Assembly (NCBI GenBank): GCA_030390025.1
Contig: JASTWF010000331.1
Location: 434,001 to 498,000, forward strand
Direction: 5' to 3'
Origin: Squalus acanthias
Taxonomy: Eukaryota
Length of the DNA stretch: 64,000 bases
How positions within the stretch are numbered: position 1 is the first letter of the stretch; each line of letters starts with the position of its first letter. Position numbers and translations under genes: made by a program. Shown in pieces: positions 25,361-37,200 of this stretch. The notes under the pieces are model-generated. The model was not told where the DNA came from. It was given only the letters and a program-made list of their open reading frames with translations, and ran no database searches.

Positions 25361-27312
25361 AGAAGATTTGTGAATCTGTAGCCCGAAAACCCATTGCCCT
25401 CTACCCCATTCAGACTCTTATTTTCCAAGGGATATTTCAGAATCTCATTCTTCATAATAACATGCAGCACCTCGCACTTAGCTACATTGACATTTAGCTG
25501 TCATTGGACGCCATTCTGCAAATGTATTAATGCTTCAGGTATTTTGTTGCATTCTTTCTCTGTATTAAACTTACGCCCAATTTGGATTCGTCTGAATATT
25601 TTGAATTTCTGCTTCTGCTTCCCGAGTCCATATCGGTTATGTAAATGGTCAACTGCTGTGGTCCCAGCGCCAGTCCTTATCAAAGACCACTTCTCACCCT
25701 CCGCTAATCTGAGTAAATCCCTTCATCACCTACTCCATGTTCTCTGTTTTTGTAGCCAGCCTGCTATTCTTTCTGCTGCTTGTCTCCTAGCTCCTCTTAC
25801 TCTGAGATTAGACATGAGTCTGCAATGAGCTAGCTTATCGACGGGCTTTAGAAATTCAAAGAATATCATAATCAACTGCATGAACCTTATCTATATTTGC
25901 CGATACATATTCAATGAATTTATAAAGGTTGTCCAAGCATAACCTTCCATTTTGCATTGCGATCTGACTACTCTTTCTTATATTTTGTGTTTCTGGGTGT
26001 CTTATTCTATTATATTAGAGTAAGGATTGCATTATATTTCCGCCCACCACAGTTATGTTAACTGGCCTACACGGCCTTGGACTTTTTCAATCTACCGTTT
26101 TAAATACAGGAATAACTTCGGCTGTCCGCCAGTCCTCTGGCACTATTCCATTTTTAATGACTTTTTTACCAATATATAATAGTACCTCTGTTATCTCTTC
26201 CTTATCTATGTTAGTATGCGTGGATGCAATGCATCCGAACCAAATGTATTATCCCCTCTTTGATTAATTTATATACAGGAGGGGGTGTGACCCGGGTACC
26301 GGGGGGGGGGGGGGGGGAGGTCCGATCCGTGACCCCGGGTGGTGTCTGATTCCGGGGGGAGGAATTTGCTGGACAGGAGGGGTGGTCCAATTGTGGGCGT
26401 TGTGGGCTGAATCTGAACCACGACACCGGCGGGGAGATCTCTGATCCCAAAATGTATTTGATCCAGTGTGGGTTGTCCGATCGAGGAGGTTTTTCCAATC
26501 CCGGGGGTTGTCCCATCCCCAATTCGGTGGAGTCCGATCTCCGAACCTTGGGTCTTTCTATGGGGTTGGGCTCTGAAGAATTAGTAATGAATGTTGAATG
26601 AAAAATATTAGCTGCCATGAAAGGATCATTTTCTTTTTCCACTATCTCATCTTTGGCGACCATATCTTTTATTCTGACAGAAAAGGAAGACTTGCAAATA
26701 CTGAGGGCATTTCGCCAGCTTGGGACATCACAAGAGGCTGTACAGCCTTGGAGGCACAACCTGAGCGCAGGGCTCGAGCCGACCTCTGAGGCCTAATCCC
26801 GAGCCCATGTTGAAAATCGGACAATCGCGGTCCCTGTGACGTGGGGAAGGATTATGGCGTAATTCAAGGCAGGGCAAAGAGCAAAGTGTTTGTGTGACGT
26901 CATGTGGGCCATGTTTGTGTGACATTTTGTGGGTCAAGCTTGAGTGACTTCATTGGAGCCATGACTGTGTGAAACATGTGGGCCATATTTGTGTGATATC
27001 ATGAGGGCTATGTTTGTATGAAGAGCTTATAACGTTACTTTATTTGGAGGATATCAACACAAAGGTTTTTGTTTTAAATTTAGCACTTCTTGTAGTCTCA
27101 TTAATGTAAATTGTTCATTGCAATGTGTTAATGAAACTTCTCCCTTGCAAAACTCAGTGATTTCAAATAATAAATTACTCGAACAATATCAACCTCAACA
27201 TTGTCTTTTACACACCACAGACGCAAAGCTCTGAACAACTGTGCTTCAGTTGGGTCTTGAATGCCAGGCATGGGCAGTAACGTGCTGACTGAGGCGGCAT
27301 TCGCTGCTTTCC

Positions 27313-27902
27313 TCTGGCAGCGGGTGATTGGAGAGAGCGGTGCGGGACAGGCGGCCAGTATGTTGCTGCTTGTCGCCGCCTCACTCACTCCGGCAACGGG
27401 TGATTGGAGAGAGCGGGGCGGGACAGGCGGCCTGAATGTGGCTGCTTGTCGCCGATTCACTCACTCCGGCAGCGCGTGATCAGAGAGAACGGGGCGGGAC
27501 AGGCGGCCTGAATGTTACTGCTTGTCGCCACCTCACTCACTCCGGCAGCGGGTAATTGTAGAGAGCGGCGCGGGACAGCCGGCCTGAGTGTTACTGCTTG
27601 TCGCAGCCTCACTCACTCCGGCAGTGCGGGATTGGAGAGAGCGGTGCGGGACAGGCGGCCTGAGTGTTGCTGCTTGTCGCCGCCTCACTCACTCCGGCAG
27701 TGCGGGATTGGAGAGAGCGGGGCGGGACAGGCGGCCTGAGTGTTGCTGGTTGTCGCCGCCTCACTCACTCCGGCAGCGGGTGATTGAAGAGAGCGGAGCG
27801 GGACAGGAGGCCTGAATGTTGCTGCTTGTCGCCGCCTCACTCACTCCGGCAGTACGAGATTCGAGAGTGCGGGGCGGGACAGGCGGCCTGAGTGTTACTG
27901 CT
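27313..27902. repeat. 76-bp GC-rich minisatellite, ~7.7 copies
   Basis: TCACTCACTCCGGCA recurs at 27381, 27457 and 27533; several units carry GGGGCGGG. Confidence 0.95.
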
Positions 27903-27971
27903 TCCTTGTTCTTTCGTGCTTCGATCCCATTGACACTTACCTGCGGCCTTGGTCTGGTCGCTTAAACTAAC

Positions 27972-29110
27972 TGTTAGATGCAAATTTGGAGAATCCTCAG
28001 AGGGAGACGGAATTGAGGAAAAGTTCAGAATTTATTAAAACAAACAAAAGGCTTGTGCATAAGGGAGAGCCACAGCTTCCTCAGGCTAGGGGTGCACTCT
28101 CTGAGGGACAAGTAACGGTTCATTCAAGTTATACATTTCTATAAGCACCACCCACTTACTACAGAATGGGGCGTACATGTACAAACAGTGTCACTACAGT
28201 TACTCTCTATTGGTTATGTGGTTAGTCACTCAACTGTCGGGCCCTCCCCTTGAACTCGGATACCTCCTGACCATGCCAGCCACAGATGTTGGTTGTCTCA
28301 TCCTACTCCCCAAATTCTTGCTGTTATCTCTTCCCCTTTGTAGGCATAGTTTATAGTTTGAGAAATCAAAATATAGTCCAAAAATGTGCGGGTTTGGTTG
28401 ATTTGGCTATGATAAATTGACCCTTAGTGTTAGGGGGGGATTAAATATGTGGGGTTATGGGGATAGGATGGGATATGTTAGGGGGAATTAAATACGTGGG
28501 GTTACGGGGGTAGGGTGGGATATGTGTACTGTGGGGATTAAAGCAGGGACAGGGTACTGGATTTGGATGATCAGCCATGATCGTATTGAATGGTGGAGCA
28601 GGCTAGATGGGCCGAATGGCCTACTCCTGCTCCTAGATTCTATGTTTCTGTGTTTCTATCCCTAACTGTCGAACAAGCGGGATGGCTCAAGGCCGTAGTG
28701 GCTTTTGCCCTCAGTGACTGGAACAGTGTTGGTTGTTAATTGCACCCTTATCTTTTGGGAGGCCAGGCTGTGTTTTGACAATGGCTCTACTGAGGCTGTT
28801 AATACACACACATTCCGAAGTTTGATAAGAGAAGAGGCACCTTGCTGTCTGCGTATGTGTTTCAGTCAGCTAAACCTGCAAAGTCAAGTATCCCAGAATT
28901 TTTGTGTATAAGCTGGATCCTTCAGTCCCTCCTACCAATCCCCCGGAAAGGACTCTTGAAGGGTGTTGGGGAGTGTGCTCTCTACGCTAAATAGTGTGAT
29001 AACCTAGTGAGTGTATAATATTTCAGAAACGCATATAGGTTTTCCCGGATGAAATAGCACGAATGATGAAGGTTTACCTGTAACCCCCCCGCTCCCAATT
29101 TGTTCTAAAC
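27972..29110 (-). mobile_element. Putative 3' LTR of env-bearing element B (interrupted by an HE1 fragment)
   Basis: Minus strand: G-rich PPT at 29145-29111, a degenerate TGTTAG start, AATAAA at 28036-28031, CTAACA end at 27972. Confidence 0.5.
28373..28659 (+). mobile_element. 5'-truncated HE1-type SINE
   Basis: Near-identical reverse complement of 31575-31862; TTCTATG tail. Confidence 0.85.
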
Positions 29111-29303
29111 TTCCCACCCCACCCCCCCCCCCCCCCCACCCCCGCCACTAGGCCATTGGCTATTCCAGGTAGGCCGCACATTTGTTCCATATGGTCTGGT
29201 GTGAATCCTGTCGGGGTGGCCACCCGTCTCGGCACCAGGTATGCATCAGATGATTAAAGTTAATTTAGGCATTCCCTGATTCATTATACAATTGCTTCAT
29301 TAT

Positions 29304-30800
29304 TCAGACACTTGATTTTTCCAACAAGTTGTTAAAGTCATCATCTGTAATGCTTGGGGTAGGAGCAGTATAAGCATTAACAATTTTAACCACTTGCTTT
29401 GCAATTTGTTTCACACGAGTCCGTTTACATTTCCTGCATGTCATACATACCAAGGTCAGGCCAATTACTAACTGCACCACGACTAATACATGTGAAACCA
29501 GTCGGATCCATGGATGGATCTGTATCTTTAGTCCCCAGTCCCAAATGTCATCCACCCATGTGGTCAACTTTCATCATCATTAAATTAATTTCACTGTTCC
29601 GGTTTTCCAATTCTGCCCCGCCTGGGGTATCCTCTGTTTCTTCTATCTTTCCTGATGTTACCCCGCCTGGGGTCTCCTCTACGTCGCTTCCGATTTTCTC
29701 TTTCGGTGTGCTGAATTAATTTGTTAGTGCTGGTTAGTCATAGGCATGAGTACCCAATTGGCTTATTTATCTTACTACATAGGTTACATATATCAAATAC
29801 ACTATCATTACAAGTAGGAGAACTACCAGAGCGTGTGAAATAATACGAACCTTAGTGTGTGCTGATGTATTAAGCCCAAAATCCCACCAGTGTGAGTTGT
29901 CCTCTCTGCTGTCAATTTCAATATCTATTCTCGAGTTGTCTTCCTCCAGAACATAAAAATGCTTTAGGGAGGAGTTCAGTCGCATTATGACTCACTGATA
30001 CCCTTAGACAACAGGGGAATGTAGTATCCGAATTGTGCCACATAATTGTGCAGCTCATACTTAAAAACGTGTTGGTTGATAGGACAGGTCTTGTTAGACC
30101 CATAAAGCAGGTAGCTGCGGTAGTAGTGACACAGGAGGCATCACCAAAATAACCTCATGCTAGATTCGTATCTATTTTTCCCACGCTCTGTTACCTACAA
30201 AAGACAATCATTACAGTCACAGTTAAATTCAGTCTTACAATCATTTCAAGCGACTTTACAGTTTAACAGCTAACCAACAAACCTTGGACTTAAAAGACTC
30301 TCCAGATCTTTATTTTACTCGTATCCATCTTGTGGATATTTCTTGCTCAACATGATTTCCCATTCGCCCTCAATTGTCCCAATCCGGATTCCAGGTAACT
30401 CTCAACTTCAACTTCAATTTGTAATCCCTCTAACAGGTACCAGTGTGTTTAACTCTATTCTGATTGTTTCATCAATTAGATAGTTTCTCGATGGAGAACG
30501 TGTCAATACTTTAAAAGTTGTCTCGCTCTCCTGAGCCACATTAACCATTTCATGTCTTGCTGATGTCAAGTAACTGAGCATGTCTGAGACCCGTTCGTCA
30601 GTGCACATTCAACATACATTCCCGGATGGTAATTGCTTCATACGTAACAAATCACATTTGCACACTCATATCTGTATCTCCATATCATGCCACATGTGCC
30701 TTTCTCGTGCTTTCAGGTATCTTATCAAAAGATTGTCTGGATGTCTTTGTTCATCTTCCTCTGCATGGTCCCGATGTCTTGGATAGTCACCGGACTATCA
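29304..30800 (-). pseudogene. Decayed env-like gene of LTR element B plus a downstream env-TM-like small ORF (29304-29567)
   Basis: 'SHWWDFGLNTSAHTKVRIISHALVVLLLVMIVYLIY' (29767-29985) and 'DIWDWGLKIQIHPWIRLVSHVLVVVQLVIGLTLVC' (29304-29567) lie upstream of the PPT/LTR and resemble the element A motif. Confidence 0.5.
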
Positions 30801-31244
30801 AATTCAGTTTTCTTAAAAAGGTTCATTAGAGGCAGGTACACAAATATCTCCAAGAGAAAGCTGTCAATTCGCTATTCTTAGCTACTCTTTCCTGACTTTC
30901 ACTGGAAAGCTTTTAAAATTCCCATTCAGTAGTGTAATTATCCTGTTTCAATCTTGCACCTACAATCACTTCCCTTTAATTACCATTCATATCTCATTCA
31001 TGAGCCCTGGAGAAACTTTACTGTCCAGTACAATTTTTTAGATTGAAAACATAGATCAAACGTTCTCATTTGTTCCAAGTTATTAGCGTTTTTTTATTTA
31101 TCATTATTTGTAGAGCATCTTGTAGATGGTACAGATTGCAAAACATGTGCACCGGTGGTGGAGGGAAATAATTTTTAAGCTGATGGATTGAGTGTCGCTC
31201 AAGCGGGATTGATTTTTCCTGGACGGTGTCGAACTGTATTACTT

Positions 31245-34200
31245 TGAAGGCCTGTATTGGCTTGATGAGCTACATTAGTTTGAGGGACTATTCTGGTTTT
31301 GAGTGCCTGTATAAGTTTGAAGAGCAGTATTAGATTGAGGGGCTGTATTAGTTTGAGGGGCTGTGTTAGCTTGAGGGGCTGCATTAGTTTGAGGTGCTGT
31401 ATTACTTTGAGAATGTGTATTAGTTTGAGGAGCTGTGTTAGTTTGAGGTGCTGCATTAGGTTCAGGGGCTGCATTAGTTACAGATGCTTTATTTGTTGGA
31501 GATGTTGTATTAATTTGAGTTGCTGTATTAGTTGGAGGGTCTGTAATAGTTTAACGTGCTGTATTAGTTTGATTAACATAGAAACATAGAAACATAGAAT
31601 CTAGGAGCAGGAGTAGGCCATTCGGCCCGTCGAGCCTGCTCCGCCATTCAATACGATCATGGCTGATCATCCAAATCCAGTACCCTGTCCCTGCTTTAAT
31701 CCCCACAGTACACATATCCCACCCTACCCCCGTAACCCCAAGTATTTAATTCCCCCTAACATATCCCATCCTATCCCCATAACCCCACATATTTAATCCC
31801 CCCTAACTCTAAGGGTCAATTTATCATAGCCAAATCAACCTAACCCACACATTTTTGGACTGTGGGAGGAAACCGGAGCACCCGGAGGAAACCCACGCAG
31901 ACACGGGGAGAATGTGCAAACTCCACACAGACAGTCACCCGAGGTCAGATTCGAACCCGGGTCTCTGGCGCTGTGAGGCACCAGTGCTAACCACTATGCC
32001 ACCGTGTTGCTGTATTAGTTTCGAATACTTTATTAGCTTGAGGGGCTTTATTAGTTTGAGTGTCTGTATATGTTTCGACTGCTTTATTAGTTTGAGCGGA
32101 TCTATTAGATTGTGGGACTTTACAGTTTGACTGGCTGTATTATTTTGAGGGCCTGTATTAATTTGAGGGGCTGTATTAGTTTGAGAGGCTGTATTAGTTT
32201 GAGAGGCGGTATTATTTTGAGGTGCTGAATATGTTTCGACTGCTTTTTTAGTTTTGAGCAGCCCTATTATTTTGTGCGGATGTATTAGTTTGAGGGGCTG
32301 TACTAGTTTGAGGGGCTGTAATGGTTTGAGAGGCAGCATTAGTTTGAGAGTTGTATTAGTTTGAGGGAATGTATTGGTTTGAGGGTCTGTATTAGTTTGA
32401 GGGGCTCTATTAGTTTGAGGGGCTGTATTAGTGTGAGTGTCTGTATCAGTTTAAGGTGCTGTATTAGTTTGAGGGTCTGTATTAGTTTGAGGGGCTGTAT
32501 TAGTTTGAGGTGCTGTATTAGTTTGAGGGGCTCTATTAGTTTGAGGTACTGTATTAGTTTGAGGTGCTCTACTAGTTTGAGGTACTGTATTAGTTTGAGG
32601 GGCTCTATTAGATTGAGGATCTGTATTAGTTTGTGGTGCAGTACTAGTTTGAGGGACTGAATTAGTTTGAGGGTCTGTATTAGTTTGAGGTGCTGTATTA
32701 GTTTGAGGGGCTGTATTAGTTTGAGGGGCTCTATTAGATTGAGGTGCCGTATTAGTTTGAGGGGCTGTATTAGTTTGAGGGTCTGTATTAGTTTGAGGAG
32801 CTGTATTAGTTTGAGGGGTGTATTAGTTTGATGTGCTTTACTAGTTTGAGGTGCTGTGCTAGTTTGAGGGATTGTATTAGTTTGAGGAGCTGTATTCGTT
32901 TGAGGGTCTGTATTAGTTTTAGGGGCTCTATTAGTTAAAGGTACTGTATTAGTTTGAGGGTCTGTATTAGTTTGAGGTACTGTATTAGTTTGAGGGTCTG
33001 TATTAGGTTGAGGGCCTGTGTTAGTTTGAGGGGTTTATTAGTTTAAGGGTCTGTATTAGTTTGAGGTGCTGTATTAGTTTGAGGGGCTCTATTCGTTTGA
33101 GGTACTGTATTAGTTTGAGGGGCTCTATTAGTTTGAGGTAATGTATTAGTTTGAGGGGCCGTATTTGTTTGAGGTGCTGTATTAGTTTGAGGGGCTCTAT
33201 TAGTTTGAGGGACTGTATTAGTTTGAGGGGCTCTATTAGATTGAGGATCTGTATTAGTTTGTGGTGCTATACTAGTTTGAGGGACTGTATTAGTTTTAGG
33301 GTCTGTATTAGTTTGAGGGGCTGTATTAGTTTGAGGTGCTGTACTAGTTTGAGGTGCTATACTAGTTTGAGGGATTGTATTAGATTGAGGGGCTGTTTGA
33401 GTTTGAGGGTCTGTATTAGTTTGAGGGTCTGTATTAGTTTGAGGTACTGTATTAGTTTGAGGGGCTGTATTAGTTTGAGGGGCTCTATTAGTTTGAGTTA
33501 CAGTATTAGTTAGAGGGCTCTATTAGTTTGAGGAACAGCATTAGCTGGAGGGACTGCATTAGGTTGAGGGGCTGTATTAGTTTGAGGGGCTCTATTAGTT
33601 GAGGTACTGTATCAGTTTGAGTGTCTGTATTAGTTTGAGGTACTGTATTAGTTTGAGGGGCTCTATTAGTTTGACGTACTGTATTAGTTTGAGGGCTCTA
33701 TTAGTTTGAGGTACTGTATTAGTTTGAGGAGCTCTATTAGATTGAGGTACTGTATTAGTTTGAGAAGCTCTATTAGTTTGAGGTACTGTATTAGTTTGAG
33801 GGGCTCTATTAGTTTGAGGTACTGTATTAGTTTGAGGGGGTCTATTAGATTGAGGATCTGTATTAGTTTGTGGTGCTGTACTAGTTTGAGGGACTGAATT
33901 AGTTTGAGGGTCTGTATTAGTTTGAAGTGCTGTATTTGTTTGAGGGTCTGTATTAGTTTGAGGGGCTCGATTAGATTGAGGTGCTGTAATAGTTCGAGGG
34001 CCTGTATAAGTTTGAAAGGTCTATATTAGTTTGAGGAGCTGTATTAGATTGAGCGGTGTATTAGTTTGAGGTGCTGTACTAGTTTGAGGTGCTGTGCTAG
34101 TTTGAGTTACTGTATTAGTTAGAGGGCTCTATTAGTTTGAGGAACTGCATTAGCTGGAGGGACTTTATTTGGTTGAGGTGCTGTATTAGTTCGAGGGGCT

Positions 34201-37200
34201 GTATTAGTTGAGGTACTGTATCAGTTTGAGTGTCTGTATTAATTTGAGGTTCTGTATTAGTTTGAGGTGCTGTATTAGTTTGAGGGGCCCTATTAGTTTG
34301 AGGTAATGTATTAGTTTGAGGGGCTGTATTAGTTTGAGGTACTGTATTAGTTTGAGGGGCTCTATTAGTTTGAGGTAATGTATCAGTTTGAGGGGATGTG
34401 TTAGATTGAGGTACTGTATTAGTTTGAGGGGCTCTATTAGTTTGAGGTAATGTATTAGTTTGAGGGGCTGTATTAGTTTGAGGTGCTGTATTAGTTTGAG
34501 GGACTCTATTAGTGTGAGGTAATGTATTAGTTTGAGGGGCTGTATTAGTTTGAGGTAATGTATTAGTTTGACGGTCTCTATTAGTTTGAGGTGCTGTATT
34601 AGTTTGAGGGGCTCTATTAGTTTGAGGTAATGTATTAGTTTGAGGGGATGTGTTAGATTGAGGTACTGTATTAGTTTGAGGGGCTCTATTAGTTTGAGGT
34701 AATGTATTAGTTTGAGGGGATGTGTTAGATTGAGGTACTGTATTAGTTTGAGGGGCTCTATTAGTTTGAGGTATTGCATTAGTTTGAGGGGCTGTATTAG
34801 TTTGAGGTACTGTATTAGTTTGAGCGTCTGTATTAGGTTGAGGGGCTGTATTAGTTTGTGGGGTGTATTAGTTTGAGGGTCTGTATTTGTTTGAGGTGCT
34901 GTATTAGTTTGAGGATTTGTTTTAGTTTGAGGGTCTGTATTAGTTTGAGGTGCTCTATTAGTTTGAGGTAATGTATTAGTTTGAGGGGCTCTATTAGATT
35001 GAGGATCTGTATTAGTTTGTGGTGCTATACTAGTTTGAGGGACTGTATTAGTTTTAGGGTCTGTATTAGTTTGAGGGGCTGTATTAGTTTGAGGGTCTGT
35101 ATTAGTTTGAGGTACTGTATTAGTTTGAGGGGCTGTATTAGTTTGAGGGGCTCTATTAGTTTGAGTTACTTTATTAGTCAGAGGGCTCTATTAGTTTGAG
35201 GATCTGCATTAGCTGGAGGGACTGTATTAGGTTGAGGGGCTGTATTAGTTTGAGGGGCTCTATTAGTTTGACGTACTGTATAAGTTTGAGGGCTCTATTA
35301 GTTTGAGGTACTGTATTAGTTTGAGGAGCTCTATTAGATTGAGGTACTGTATTAGTTTGTGAAGCTCTATTAGTTTGAGGTTCTGTATTTGTTTGAGTGG
35401 CTCTATTAGTTTGAGGTTCTGTATTAGTTTGAGTTGCTCTATTAGTTTGAGGTACTGTATTAGTTTGAGGGGGTCTATTAGATTGAGGATCTGTATTAGT
35501 TTGTGGTGCTGTACTAGTTTGAGGGACTGAATTAGTTTGAGGGTCTGTATTAGTTTGAAGTGCTGTATTAGTTTGAGGGGCTGTATTAGTTTGAGGGGCT
35601 CGATTAGATTGAGGTGCTGTATTAGTTCGAGGGCCTGTATTAGTTTGAGGGATTGTATTAGTTTGAGGAGCTGTATTCGTTTGAGGGTCTGTATTAGTTT
35701 TAGGGTCTCTACTATTTAGAGGTACTGTATTAGTTTGAGGGTCTGTATTAGTTTGAGGTACTGTATTAGTTTGAGGGTCTGTATTAGGTTGAGGGCCTGT
35801 GTTAGTTTGAGGGGTGTATTAGTTTGAGGGTCTGTATTAGTTTGAGGTGCTGTATTAGTTTGAGGGGCTCTATTAGTTTGAGGTACTGTATTAGTTTGAG
35901 GGGCTCTATTAGTTTGAGGTAATGTATTAGTTTGAGGGGCTGTATTAGTTTGAGGTACTGTATTAGTTTGAGGGGCTCTATTAGTTTGAGGTAATGTATT
36001 AGTTTGAGGGGATGTGATAGATTGAGGTACTGTATTAGTTTGAGGGGCTCTATTAGTTTGAGGTACTGTATTAGTTTGAGCGTCTGTATTAGGTTGAGGG
36101 TCTGTATTATTTTGAGGGGTGTATTAGTTTGAGGGTCTGTATTTGTTTGAGGTGCTCTATTAGTATGAAGTAATGTATTAGCTTGAGGGGCTCTATTAGA
36201 TTGAGGATCTGTATTCGTTTGTGGTGCTATACTAGTTTGAGGGACTGTATTTTTTGAGAGTCTGTATTAGTTTGAGGGTCTGTACTAGTTTGAGGGTCTG
36301 TATTAGTTTGAGGTACTGAATTAGTTTGAGGGGCTGTATTAGTTTGAGGGGCTCTATTAGTTTGAGGAACTGCATTAGCTGGAGGGACTTTATTAGGTTG
36401 AGGTGCTGTATTAGTTCGAGGGGCTGTATTAGGTTGAGGGCCTGTGTTAGTTTGAGGGGTGTATTAGTTTGAGGGTCTGTATTAGTTTGAGGTGCTGTAT
36501 TAGTTTGAGGGGCTCTATTAGTTTGAGGTACTGTATTAGTTTGAGGGGCTCTATTAGTTTGAGGTAATGTATTAGTTTGAGGGGCTGTATTAGTTTGAGG
36601 TACTGTATTAGTTTGAGGGGCTCTATTAGTTTGAGGTAATGTATTAGTTTGAGGGGATGTGATAGATTGAGGTACTGTATTAGTTTGAGGGGCTCTATTA
36701 GTTTGAGGTACTGTATTAGTTTGAGCGTCTGTATTAGGTTGAGGGTCTGTATTATTTTGAGGGGTGTATTAGTTTGAGGGTCTGTATTTGTTTGAGGTGC
36801 TCTATTAGTATGAAGTAATGTATTAGCTTGAGGGGCTCTATTAGATTGAGGATCTGTATTCGTTTGTGGTGCTATACTAGTTTGAGGGACTGTATTTTTT
36901 TGAGAGTCTGTATTAGTTTGAGGGTCTGTACTAGTTTGAGGGTCTGTATTAGTTTGAGGTACTGAATTAGTTTGAGGGGCTGTATTAGTTTGAGGGGCTC
37001 TATTAGTTTGAGGAACTGCATTAGCTGGAGGGACTTTATTAGGTTGAGGTGCTGTATTAGTTCGAGGGGCTGTATTCGTTGACGTACTGTATCAGTTTGA
37101 GTGTCTGTATTAATTTGAGGGGCTGTATTAGTTTGAGAGGCGGTATTATTTTGAGGTGCTGAATATGTTTCGACTGCTTTTTAAATTTTGAGCAGCCCTA

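Noticed and set aside
31935..32010. tRNA gene
   Set aside because: It is the tRNA-derived head of the HE1 SINE; the same applies to 5597-5670 and 21750-21825.
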